Assembly: GCA_002269645.1 (NCBI GenBank)
Contig: NIVC01000616.1
Span: forward strand, 124,001-188,000
From: Macrostomum lignano
Taxonomy: Eukaryota
Length of the DNA: 64,000 bases
Direction: 5' to 3'
Shown: one piece after another, positions 25,886 to 37,588 of the stretch
Layout of the letters: each line of letters starts with the position of its first letter
How positions within the stretch are numbered: position 1 is the stretch's first letter
Notes under the pieces: generated by a model
The model's database searches: none
What the model was told of the DNA's origin: nothing
The model's input: only the letters and a program-made list of their open reading frames with translations
Translations under genes and position numbers: made by a program

Positions 25886-26575
25886 GTTCTCTCATGACCG
25901 CTTTAATTTCTCTCATGACCGCTTTAATTTCTCTCATGACCGCTTTAATTTCTCTCATGACCGTTTGATTTCTCTCATGACCGCATCAATCTATTTCATA
26001 ACCGCATCAATCTCTCTCATGACAGCATCAATCTCTCTCAGAACCGCATCAATCTATTTCATAACCGCATCAATCTCTCTAATGACAGCATCAATCTCTC
26101 TCAGAACCGCATCAATCTCTCTAATGGCTGCTGCATCAATCTCTCTCATGACAGCATCAATCTCTCTCATGACAGCATCAATCTCTCTCATGACAGCATC
26201 AATCTCTCTCATGACAGCATCAATCTCTCTCAGAACCGCATCAATCTCTCTCATGACAGCATCAATCTCTCTCATGACAGCATCAATCTCTCTCAGAACC
26301 GCATCAATCTCTCTCATGACAGCATCAATCTCTCTCAGAACCGCATCAATCTCTCTCATGACAGCATCAATCTCTCTCATGACAGCATCAATCTCTTTCA
26401 TGACAGCATCAATCTCTCTCATGACAGCATCAATCTCTCTCAGAACCGCATCAATCTCTCTCATGACAGCATCAATCTCTCTCAGAACCGCATCAATCTC
26501 TCTCATGACAGCATCAATCTCTCTCATGACAGCATCAATCTCTCTCATAGACGCATCAGTCTCTCTCAGCACCAC
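25886..26575 (-). repeat. 21-bp minisatellite (about 32 units) encoding heptad (MREIDAV)n on the minus strand
   Basis: Unit GCATCAATCTCTCTCATGACA. ORF 26054-26605; two units carry GAG>TAG and one unit is 20 bp. Confidence 0.9.
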
Positions 26576-27543
26576 ATCAAGCTCTCGATTTTGTAGCTCA
26601 TTCAAACTCTCATCACAAGCATTTCCCTTTCTATATACCTTACAGGCTAGATAGAGTACAGTAAATCTTATCTACTTAAAAATGAATAACTGTACTAATA
26701 GGCAAAATGAACTGTAGTTCTTACCAAGCTTGATGAATAGAATTAGCCACTAGCAACTCATTGTACAGCCTTTATACCCTCACTAGAGTCTCGCAAAATT
26801 GATAGTCAAATCAGATAAACCGGCTTAAAACTTTCTAAATAGATTAAAAAGGCGTTGTCAAAAACACCAGGGTTTTATCCGCTGTGGAAAAAAGAGTTAC
26901 GAAGTTCCACTTTGTAGGCAGTTGGCAATGTACGCAGCAATGTACGGCCGCGGGTGTAAATGTTCATAAGGGACAAGGGACAAACTGGAGCTGTAAATGC
27001 TTCTATTTATAGCTCCGCACGTTCTGCTTTTTGAGGCGCTCATTTAGCGAATAAAAAGTTGCAGTTGAAATTACGATAGTAAAATGTATAGCTCTGCTTG
27101 TGTACGTTCAGCTTGCAATGTGCATTCCAATGTTTACACTTAACTTACTAGTTCATCTTTCTGTACTTGCCAGTTCATCATTATAATTTGCGTTTAACCC
27201 ATTTCCTGAAAATCTAACACTTTAACAGGAATCACTACAACTACTCGCACTTCGGTAATCAGTCGAATCTTAGCTTATGACTCTGAATCAGCCGCGGAAG
27301 AAAATAAAATGACAAGTAGGACAGGACCGAAAACTAGAACGCGACACCTTGCAGGCGTGATTTATTAAGTGTTATTAGTATTGTTTTGTGCAAGTAAAAT
27401 CATGAAAAGTACATCTCAGCACTGCTTGCGTGTCAACACTAACCCATTTCGAACGACAGCAACGAATGAAATTCTGTACGTTTTATACCCATCAAAGAAA
27501 ACTAGCTGGTTTTCCTTCAGTTCTCACCGTTATGCTCGGCGGT

Positions 27544-30370
27544 TCAGGGCTTCCGACAGGCCTGGATTTTGGCGATCGCCCTGCCAATGCCAGGCGAGAG
27601 CCACACGTTGAGCAGCCTCTGACGGAACTCGCGCTCCGGCATGCCGGTCCTGATTCGCCTTCGCCGTAATAAAAACGTTTCGACGCCCCACGTAGTCAGG
27701 GCCACAATCCCGAAAACGATGAGAAAAATGAGGGTCACTGTGGCCCCGACCAGCGCTGCGTTATTCAATGTTCGCAGCACCTTTACCACAATTTCCCCGA
27801 TTCCGTTAGGCAGCATGACGAGCTGCGATCCTCGCGTCATCAGCTGAAGTGAGGCTCGTCTGCCATAAATCAGGAAGTTTACAAAGTGCTCAGTTGTTGT
27901 TGAACAGATCGTAGCTCTCAAAACCTTGGAACTCTCTGAATCTTGAATCGATCTTCTCCCAGTCCGGCTCACAGTTGTGCACAACCTTCTCAATGCTGTT
28001 GGCTGTTGCAATTCTAAGAAATCCGCGGAACTCCTTGAACCCTTTGTCCTCGCGCTCAGCTCCGAACTCGTACGTCACGCCTTGTCTGCTACACTGAGCT
28101 GAATCCCAGTCGGTGATCACAAAGTGGACATCTTTCTCAACTCCATGCACTCGGCGCTTCAGCACGATGTGATCCCACCGTCTCAGGTCCGACTTCGTCA
28201 CTCCGTCTTCGAACTGCAGACTCTCGCAGCTATCTTTGATTTTTGTTAATTCGGTCCCGAACAGACTCTGCACGCCACGTAGTCCTTCGCAAGACCAGAC
28301 CATCTTCAGCCCGAAGCAGAAGTCCTTGTCAGTGACCTTGCTGCCTCCTTTGCCAACTGAGCCTTTGAAGTCATCGTCCGAGTTAAGAAATGTGCAATCC
28401 TGAATCTCATCCAGACGAGACGCACTCGGCTCGACATCCAAGCTGGGGTGCTGCACTCTGCGGATGATATCTGTGCTGCTAAAGTCCAGAGGCTCCATCC
28501 GCACTTTCCGGTATGGAGCATTGTTCTCGTAGATCCGAACTCGCACGATGTCCGAACAGCCCGAGACCTTTTGAATGTCTCTCAGAATGGCATCGTGCGT
28601 GTAAAATCTCGCAAACTTTTGATACTTGATGTGACATTTACCGAACTCCAGCAGCTGAGCGGCTGACTCGATAGGCACACAACACTGCTCCCTGTTGCTG
28701 GCGTGCCTGATGCTGCACCAACGAGCAAAGTCTCTCGAGCTGTTCCACTGTAGATCAAACTGCCGTTCACCGATCCGCGACTTTGCTCTGGCAACCACTT
28801 GGTCAGGAGAAAAGTGAATTTCAGCAGGCACTTTGTAATCGACTTCAAAGAGTTCATCTTCTACTTTAAAGCTTACACTCCTTTCAATGATTTCGTGCGA
28901 GTTCTCGCACGGGTTTACTCTGAATTCAGTGTACTCATACATTGCTAAGTCTAATTCATACTCGCCAGTAGCCTCTGAAATAACTTTTGGATTTTCTAGA
29001 ATGGCTGCTCTGGTGTACATCCCGCTGTCTTTCTCTTTCTTGAAGCTGACTATGCTGCCTCTCTTAAGGCAGCTTGGCTTTTTCACCCTAGTGCGGGTAT
29101 CAATTGGTCGTTTTGAACCGCCTCCGTAGAGAGAACAGTTCTCTTTGACGTCATTGTGAACTACAAGTTGTGCTTCAGATTCCCTGTTACCAATGACGTA
29201 CTTGATCTCCCGGTGTTCACTGACATTCTCAGCGTCATCAATGCTGTACTGCAGAGTTTCCAGTTTAATCTGCTGAGAGGAGGAGCCCAGCTGCACTCTG
29301 AGAACAGCGCGATGTGTTTTTCCTGAGCAGATTATGTCACCAGGACGAAGGTCTCTCGCTTTTACCTGCTCAATTCGGTTGCTAGTTGGTGACGCTCTTC
29401 CATTGAGCAGACTCTGCAACCAATACGTCTCATCTTCTGATTGCGAGCATGAGACCACAATCTGCGCAACGTCTTTGCTCGATTTTGGGGACCTGAACGC
29501 CAGGTCTTTAATCACGTTTGCCTTCTCAGCGAGTCTTGCCTGATAGGTTTGAGGCAGTTGGGATCTTCTGGTCTTCAGAGCTGTGTCAGCTTTGAGTTCT
29601 TCGCCCGACTTGTTAATGCTTTGGAATTTCGAATTTTTCCAGTCTTCCTCTGCGACAAGAACTGTGAGCAAGTGCCCGGTGTCATCCAGGTCCGTGACTT
29701 TCTTCACCTCTCCGTGAATCGTGCTCCAGCCGAATTTCAAATTCATGTGGTCATTCTCCTTCACCTGGTGAATCGGATGCTGATCAGACAGGTAGATCGG
29801 AACTAGAACTGTATCCAGATGAGTAGAGTTGATCGTCTTGCACCATCTCGCGAACTGTCCCGAGTTACTCGCCATTCTGCCATAGTTCCGGTCGTTCAGT
29901 CGGCTCTCGGCTCTCTGAAGCACCACCTCGGGTGGGTAGCAGCAGCTCTTGGAGAACAGCAGGAGTCTGCAGTAGCGACGGCCTGACAGCAGAAATTCCT
30001 CTCTCACGACAGTCTTCACCGCTCTGTGCCACCCGTAGTGAAACGCAGTGGCAACAGTCTTGTCGGCTGTTGTTGTGACTCGTTCGATCAGGATTGTGCG
30101 GGGCATGCCGTTATACCTGATCTCCAGCACGTCCGCAGGCTTCAGTTGGTGTAGGTTGTACTCTGTGATGCTCACCCAGCCTCGCTTTATGGCTTCATCA
30201 TCTACCACAACATCGGCGTCGGTAGCCAAAGAAATAAACTCATTTTCGTTCAAAAAACCGTGGTTGCACAGCAGCGACTCGAGGTCGGTTCCGAGGTTGT
30301 GCAGAACAGGTAGGACATCGCTAGCATCGAAGGCTGCGCTAGTGTGAGAGGCTGGCAGTTTGTGCTGCAT
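27544..30370 (-). pseudogene. Multi-LRAT (permuted NlpC/P60) protein, copy 1, frameshifted at the catalytic Cys (about 942 aa if repaired)
   Basis: ORF 27890-30370 ends DLFNNN*; the tail EHFVNFLIYGRR..hydrophobic segment..CRKP continues in the frame of ORF 27544-28011. Relative to copy 2 (AAC TGT GAG CAC) it reads AAC TGA GCA C, a 2-nt deletion. May be an assembly error. Confidence 0.75.
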
Positions 30371-31735
30371 CTGTTGAGTAATAATTTATGCCGGATTTCA
30401 TGCATTCGTATGGACAAAGAAATATTATAAATCGATTTTTTAGATTTAAAGGGACTTATTGAATCGTGAAAAGTAATTTTTTTAATCCATTCCAGGAACA
30501 GTTCTACATTAACTTTCGGCAGCAAGCTTGAAGCTAAAGCAAGGCTGGTGTGAGCAGCAGGGTATTCCACAATCTCAGGTGCATACATTTGGCTGCATCT
30601 AACTTTACTGACTAACCAAAGTGTTGAATTAGCAAATCAGCAAAACAAAATCTCAAACACAATTGCTGACAGTGCTGCTTGATTCCACTCGTATCTGATC
30701 GTGAGGGGGACACAAATATTCAAATAATAGTATTCTCGATCATATTCACGTTTTGACTATACTATGACTTTCGATTGCAGCTTAATATAGAGTAAATATA
30801 CGAGCTAAGTTAAGACTTACTGATGACAAAAATATTTGCCAAATATCCGCGTTCAAAAAAGAAGAAAAGGTGTCTTCGCTTCCGAAATTTCAGCAGTCAC
30901 TTTTCCTAATCATTTCAAATTGTTTTGAATATCGTTTTTATAGTCTTAGTGGAGATTAGCTTATCAAATTACGAAATAAAAACTCACTCTCAACTCCTTG
31001 AAAAAGAAGCCTTCTTGATTTTTTTTCGAAACACGACGTCATACGAGCGTATCCAAGTACAGAAGGCGGTTTCATTTTAATTTGCTACTATTTTATCTCA
31101 GAAACTATTGATTTAACGCACCTTTGGGCGTCCGCATGACATGCTTGATAGCTGGCTTGCGGCTGAATACTTTTGCATTTATCAGTTAGCTAGCGAGATT
31201 TTAATCTCTGGTTTTAGCAATTCGGTTTTCGTTACGGTAGATTGGGTACAGTTCTCTCCACAAATGCAAATGCAGATATGAAAACAAATTGAATGTGCTC
31301 GCACCCAAGGTGGATTGAAAGGCTATTCAATGAGTTAAAAATGATTGACTTACTCAATAATTTCAGTTAGTCAACGAACACTAACCACTGAAAAGCAGCT
31401 AAGAGCAAGCAAAGTCACGATTCTTTACAAGTAACTGCATGGCCCATGCCATGTTGTTTTATTCTGTTCTCTTCTTAAGATCATATGCATTTTGTACAAT
31501 TTTCCATAACCTAACTCATTTGCTCGTTTATATTTTCTAAATAATCAGAGTGCTCTTCAATTGGCAGAGTGACATTATCAGAGTTCTTCCAGAGAGACAT
31601 CGTTAGAGTGCTTAATATAGCCTGAGGCAAGATTGAAGTAGGAGTTTTCACATTTGTGTGATAGCATTTAAATACTCCTAGGGAAATCTGAGAGTCATTT
31701 TCTAAGAAATATCAGAACGACACAAAAGAAAGTAT

Positions 31736-32526
31736 TAGAGTGCTCCCAGAGTGACATTGCGGTAGAATCAGATGCTTCTAGAGTAACATTGCAGTAGAAT
31801 CAGATGCTCCCAGAGTGACATTGCAGTAGAATCAGATGCTCCCAGAGTGACATTGCAGTAGAATCAGATGCTCCCAGAGTGACATTGCAGTAGAATCAGA
31901 TGCTCCCAGAGTGACATTGCAGTAGAATCAGATGCTCCCAGAGTGACATTGCAGTAGAATCAGATGCTTCTAGAGTGACATTGCAGTAGAATCAGATGCT
32001 CCCAGAGTGACATTGCAGTAGAATCAGATGCTTCTAGAGTGACATTGCAGTAGAATCAGATGCTCCCAGAGTGACATTGCAGTAGAATCAGATGCTCCCA
32101 GAGTGACATTGCAGTAGAATCAGATGCTCCGAGAGTGACATTGCAGTAGAATCAGATGCTCCCAGAGTGACATTGCAGTAGAATCAGAGTGCTCCCAGAG
32201 TGACATTTTAGTAGAATCAGATGCTCCCAGAGTGACATTGCAGTAGAATCAGAGTGCTCCCAGAGTGACATTGCAGTAGAATCAGATGCTTCTATAGTGA
32301 CATTGCAGTAGAATCAGATGCTCCCAGAGTGACATTGCAGTAGAATCAGATGCTCCCAGAGTGACATTGTAGTAGAATCAGATGCTCCCAGAGTGACATT
32401 GCAGTAGAATCAGATGCTCCCAGAGTGACATTGCAGTAGAATCAGATGCTCCCAGAGTGACATTGCAGTAGAATCAGATGCTCCCAGAGTGACATTGCAG
32501 TAGACTCAGATGCTCCCAGAGTGACT
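31736..32526. repeat. 32-bp minisatellite (about 24 copies)
   Basis: Unit CAGAGTGACATTGCAGTAGAATCAGATGCTCC; starts at 31811 and 31843. Confidence 0.95.
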
Positions 32527-33855
32527 TGAAATATGAATGCTAAACCTTAATAAAATTTGAAATTTAAATGAATTAAATAATAGAAGAGGAAGAGATGACA
32601 CCAATGGTTTGATGCGGTGCTATGCTGAATAACAAAAGTTCCACAAAGAGCAACACTCTGAGTCGAGACGTTGATGGAACAGGAAGAGCAGACAGGCAGA
32701 GAAAGCCAAGCGGATGCGCACGCACAGCTCTGCATCGCTAAAGCCTATAATAGTTAATAAGTCTTTCCGTTTTTGTGCTCTAGATCGCAGCACAGAATAT
32801 AGCCTGGATATTGCTTCACTGAACAAATAAAGACCACTCCAGATTCTGGAAAGTGCCGCAAATAAATATAAAAAATTAGATTTTCAAAATTTATTCAAGT
32901 GCACCATTTGCCTGACTAAGCAATATTGTACAATTGAATAGCAAAGATAAAGTTTCATGGGATAGCTAAGTAAGCAGCAGCGCAAAGCAGCAAGGTACCA
33001 TAGGCAAAAATTTGAAACTTTATGACTCAAAAACATAATGACACAAAAACCGATTACCAGAACACACCGAAAAACATACGAGCTAACTTGACAATGGATA
33101 AATACTGAAAATATTAAAAATGTAAAGAATAATATCGTAATTAAAGGAAGTGGGAAATATCAATTAGCTGATTTTTTACTTTTACCCCTTCATTCTTTTA
33201 AACTTCTTTCAAAAGCCTGATATTTAGCCCAGTTTTGATTGTCTTGACCAAATGTGACTGAGAAATCAGTACAGGTGACTGCATGTTTAAGTGTAATAAA
33301 TCCTTAAATTTCGCCATTAGAAAGCAATACGTATTAGTGCTCAATAGATCCTGGCTAATTCTTACCTGACCCCACTAAAATAGGAGTTTGCTTATTTTCT
33401 CCATGCAAAATTGGGTGAATATTTTCTACTATATGCTCTATATGCTCTACTATAGTTAGCGGAACGGCCGGAGGGAGAGAGCAAAGGCAACGATTGGAGA
33501 GCACGAGCAAAACATCCTACCGCCCTGTATGGGCAACTTACGAGACACGAGTATTTTTTGGAAAGCATTCGAAAAACTATTTAGAAGAGTAAAAGTTGAA
33601 CGAAGCGAAAGGAAAAAAGAAGTTGCAAAGATTGCGAGAAAGGGGGGCTAAAAGCAGAAAAAGAACGCACGCAAGCTGGCGAGGCGGGCACAACGCACGG
33701 GGCTAAAAAGGCCCCACAGACACCCACCCCCGCCCCGGCGGCGGCGCACCCACCCCCGGGCCAAGCACCCCCAAACACGGGAGACGACAAGCCCCCCCCC
33801 GGCCCCGCTAACAGCGATTGGCCAGCCAATCTACACTTGGAGCCTAGAAAAGTCT

Positions 33856-34116
33856 GGGTTGCAGCCTAGTCGTCAGAGTTGGCGGACTCACGACTTGAAG
33901 GTCGGGGGTTCGATTCCCGATTCGACTCGGAACAGTTTGTGTTTTTGAGCAAGACACTTAACTCTGCATTGCTTCAGTTCCCCCCGTGGAAAAATGGGTA
34001 CCAACATTAGCTGGGGGAATTGAGGGTGTGGCGACCCCCCCCCCCCAGTCCTTGGACTGAACAGCCGTATGCAGCCTTCAGATGCTGTCGGTTGCGCATA
34101 TTTGGGCGGGTGTACT
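33856..34116 (+). mobile_element. CORE-like tRNA-SINE (copy 2)
   Basis: B-box-like GGTTCGATTCCC; AGCAAGACACTTAACTCTGCATTGCTTCAG and CCCAGTCCTTGGACTGAACAGCCG shared with copy 1. Confidence 0.75.
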
Positions 34117-34265
34117 CAATAGTAGTTATTATTATAGTGAATGCATTTAGTCCAAAAACCAAGTCTTAATAAGCAAAGCATGATACGCTGGCAAAAGTCT
34201 GTCGCAGCAATAGAATCCAGTCTGCGACCAACCTATAGCATGTAAAATATTTCAGTTCAAACAAG

Positions 34266-37100
34266 TCAGGGATTTCGGCAAGCTTTAAGATAGGCTATCG
34301 CCATTCCGGGCACTGGCGTGAGCCAAGCGTTCAGGATTCGCTGTCGAAATTCATTAACTGGCATGCCAGTTCTGATCCGCCTCCGGTGCAGTAAAACTGT
34401 TTCCACTCCGCTGGATATAACGGCCACAACAGAAGCTACCCAACTCACAACGAAAGTAACCCTTCCAAGCTTTGAGCCCGCAGCAAGGACCCTAGAAAAT
34501 ACTTCCACGAATTCTATTACCCGAGATGATATCGAGCTGATTCCACTGGGTATTCTCACGAGGATTGTGCCTCTCGACATCAGCTGAAGAGAAGTGCGTC
34601 TGCCATAAATCAGGAAGTTTACAAAGTGCTCACAGTTGTTGTTGAACAGATCGTAGCTCTCAACACCTTGGAACTCTCTGAATCTTGCATCGATCTTCTC
34701 CCAGTCCGGCTCACAGTTGTGAACAACCTTCTCAATGCTGTTGGCTGTTGCAATTCTAAGAAATCCGTTGAACTCCTTGAACCCTTTGTCCTCGCGCTCA
34801 GCTCCGAACTCGTACGTCACGCCTTGTCTGCTACACTGAGCTGGATCCCAGTCGGTGATCACAAAGTGGACATCTTTCTCAACTCCATGCACTCGGCGCT
34901 TCAACACGATGTGATCCCACCGTCTCAGGTCCGACTTCGTCACTCCGTCTTCGAACTGCAGACTCTCGCAGCTATCTTTGATTTTTGTTAATTCGGTCCC
35001 GAACAGACTCTGCACGCCACGTAGTCCTTCGCGAGACCAGACCGTCCTCAGCCAGAAGCAGAAGTCCTTGTCAGTGACCTTGCTGCCTCCTTTGCCAACT
35101 GAGCCTTTGAAGTCATCGTCCGAGTTAAGAAACGTGCAGTCCTGAATCTCATCCAGACGAGACGCACTCGGCTCGACATCCAAGCTGGGGTGCTGCACTC
35201 TGCGGATGATATCTGTGCTGCTAAAGTCCAGAGGCTCCATCCGCACTTTCCGGTATGGAGCATTGTTCTCGTAGATCCGAACTCGCACGATGTCCGAACA
35301 GCCGTCTGTCCTATGCGACTCCATCAATAAGACGTCATGAGTGTACACACCAAGCGACTTTGTGAACTTGATGTGACCTTTACCGAAATCCAGCAGCTGA
35401 GCGGCTGACTCGATAGGCACACAACACTGCTCCCTGTTGCTGGCGTGCCTGATGCTGCACCAACGAGCAAAGTCTTTCGAGCTGTTCCACTGTAGATCAA
35501 ACTGCCGTTCACCGATCCGCGACTTCGCCCTCGAAACCACTTGGTCAGGAGGAAAGTGACGTTCAGCAGGCACCTTGTAACTGACTTCAAAGAGTTCATC
35601 TTCTACTTTAAAGCTTACACTCCTTCGAACGATTTCGTGCGAGGTTTTCCACGGGTTTACTCTGAATTCAGTGTACTCATACATTGCTAAGTCTAATTCA
35701 TACTCGCCAGTAGCCTCTGAAATAACTTTCGGATTTTCTAGAACGACTGCTCTGGTGTACATCCCGCTGTCTTTCTTTTTCTTGAAGCTGACTATGCTGC
35801 CTCTCTTAAGGCAGCTTGGCTTTTTCACCCTAGTATAGATATCAAATGGTCGTTTTGAACCGCCTCCGTAGAGAGAACAGTTCTCTTTGACGTCATTGTG
35901 AACTACAAGTTTGGCTTCAGATTCCCTGTTACCAATGATGTACTTGATCTCCCGGTGTTCACTGACATTCTCAGCGTCATCAATGCTGTACTGCAGAGTT
36001 TCCAGTTTAATCTGCTGAGAAGAGGAGCCCAGCTGCACTCTGAGAACAGCGCGATGTGTTTTTCCTGAGCAGATTATGTCACCAGGACGAAGGTCTCTCG
36101 CTTTTACCTGCTCAATTCGGTTGCTATTTGGTGATGCTCTTCCATTGAGCAGACTCTGCAACCAATACGTCTCATCTTCTGATTGCGAGCATGAGACCAC
36201 AATCTGCGCAACGTCTTTGCTCGACTTTGGTGACCTGAACGCCAGGTCTTTAATCACGTTTGCCTTCTCAGCGAGTCTTGCCTGATAGGTTTGAGGCAGT
36301 TGGGATCTTCTGCTCTTCAGAACTGTGTCAGCATTGAATTCTTCGCCCGACTTGTTAATGCTTTGGACTTTAGACTTTTTCCAGTCGTCCTCTGCGACAA
36401 GAACTGTGAGCAAGTTCCCGGTGTCATCTAGGTCCTTGACTTCTTTCACCTCTCCGTGAATCGTGCTCCAGCCGAATTTCAAATTCATGTGGTCATTCTC
36501 CTTCACCTGGTGAATCGGATGCTGATCAGACAGGTAGATCGGAACTAGAACTGTATCCAGATGAGTAGAGTCGATCGTCTTACACCATCTCGCGAACTGT
36601 CCCGAGTTGCTCTGCATTCTGTCATAGTTCCGGTCGTTCAGTCGGCTCTCGGCTCTCTGAAGCACCACCTCGGATGGGTAGCAGCAGCTCTTGGAGAACA
36701 GCAGGAGTCTGCAGTAGCGACGGCCTGACAGCAGAAATTCCTCTCTCACGACAGTCTTCACCGCTCTGTGCCACCCGTAGTGAAACGCAGTGGCAACAGT
36801 CTTGTCGGCTGTTGTTGTGACTCTTTCGATCAGGATTGTGTGGGGCATGCCGTTATACCTGATCTCCAGCACATCCGCAGGCTTCAGTTGGTGCATATTG
36901 TCGTCATCTAGCCTTACCCAGCCTCGAATTTTATCTTCATCATTTAGTTCAATTTCGGTGTCGGTGCCAGCGCCAGCTGTTCTGTTCGAGTCGCTCTGGG
37001 GTAACAATTGGATTTCGCGCTCGTCCATGACCAGATCGTCCAGCGGCTCCTCGATGTAGGCGTCTTCGCCACCCCGTAGAGCTGCCAGTTCTTGTTCCAT
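34266..37100 (-). CDS. Multi-LRAT (permuted NlpC/P60) protein, copy 2, intact, about 944 aa
   Basis: Open frame. About six LRAT-like modules (L.P.D...H...RA.SRL....Y....N[S/C]..FARWC). The last has DVHFVI...YDLFNNNCEHF (Cys codon 34632-34634), followed by a hydrophobic C-terminal segment. Likely start is MEQEL at 37100, just after a CAG acceptor. Confidence 0.85.
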   Translation of the reverse strand: MEQELAALRGGEDAYIEEPLDDLVMDEREIQLLPQSDSNRTAGAGTDTEIELNDEDKIRGWVRLDDDNMHQLKPADVLEIRYNGMPHTILIERVTTTADKTVATAFHYGWHRAVKTVVREEFLLSGRRYCRLLLFSKSCCYPSEVVLQRAESRLNDRNYDRMQSNSGQFARWCKTIDSTHLDTVLVPIYLSDQHPIHQVKENDHMNLKFGWSTIHGEVKEVKDLDDTGNLLTVLVAEDDWKKSKVQSINKSGEEFNADTVLKSRRSQLPQTYQARLAEKANVIKDLAFRSPKSSKDVAQIVVSCSQSEDETYWLQSLLNGRASPNSNRIEQVKARDLRPGDIICSGKTHRAVLRVQLGSSSQQIKLETLQYSIDDAENVSEHREIKYIIGNRESEAKLVVHNDVKENCSLYGGGSKRPFDIYTRVKKPSCLKRGSIVSFKKKKDSGMYTRAVVLENPKVISEATGEYELDLAMYEYTEFRVNPWKTSHEIVRRSVSFKVEDELFEVSYKVPAERHFPPDQVVSRAKSRIGERQFDLQWNSSKDFARWCSIRHASNREQCCVPIESAAQLLDFGKGHIKFTKSLGVYTHDVLLMESHRTDGCSDIVRVRIYENNAPYRKVRMEPLDFSSTDIIRRVQHPSLDVEPSASRLDEIQDCTFLNSDDDFKGSVGKGGSKVTDKDFCFWLRTVWSREGLRGVQSLFGTELTKIKDSCESLQFEDGVTKSDLRRWDHIVLKRRVHGVEKDVHFVITDWDPAQCSRQGVTYEFGAEREDKGFKEFNGFLRIATANSIEKVVHNCEPDWEKIDARFREFQGVESYDLFNNNCEHFVNFLIYGRRTSLQLMSRGTILVRIPSGISSISSRVIEFVEVFSRVLAAGSKLGRVTFVVSWVASVVAVISSGVETVLLHRRRIRTGMPVNEFRQRILNAWLTPVPGMAIAYLKACRNP

Positions 37101-37588
37101 CTGTGTCGTCAAGGTAAAGTTCAAAAGTAGAATTCTTTCAAGAAGCATCAGAAATCTGTTTAAAATCATTGAGAACCCTAAAAGGCTGTACTTGCGTGAC
37201 AATATGGTAGCCGGTGCTTCATCTACATGTAGCTGCTTTGTTGCATACGTGAGCTGCTTGAAAACGTGAGAAAAGCTTTTCCTTCTTTGGACAGGGCGAC
37301 TTAGTGAATGAGAAAAGTTTAAATTTGCACAGTTTTTTAGTGCATAATTTATCTACTAACAAAACAGTACCTCGACTGTCCGTTGCTTTGCATAACAAGT
37401 AGGAATTAAAGTTCCCTTGTTGGGAATAATAGCTTCGAAATATGCGTTTGCACAATGCGGTGCTTCTCTTATGACACAAAAATATTTTAGTAGATCCGCT
37501 ATCTGGGCTAGGAAAAATCAATAAGTGTTTTTCATCCAGATAGTATTTGTCATTTACTATTCAATAGATGTGACCTTGGATTTCGGGA

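Noticed and set aside
27890-27892. TGA at the catalytic Cys position as selenocysteine or readthrough
   Set aside because: The conserved downstream sequence (EHFVNFL) is in another frame, so readthrough would not restore it; a 2-nt deletion explains it.
31736-32526. CRISPR-like array (32-bp repeats)
   Set aside because: Contiguous repeats with no unique spacers, no cas genes, and eukaryotic context. The same applies to the other minisatellites.
37101-37202. N-terminal extension of LRAT copy 2 given by the ORF track (978 aa)
   Set aside because: Starts at a non-ATG codon and looks like an intron 3' end (pyrimidine tract plus CAG) before MEQEL.
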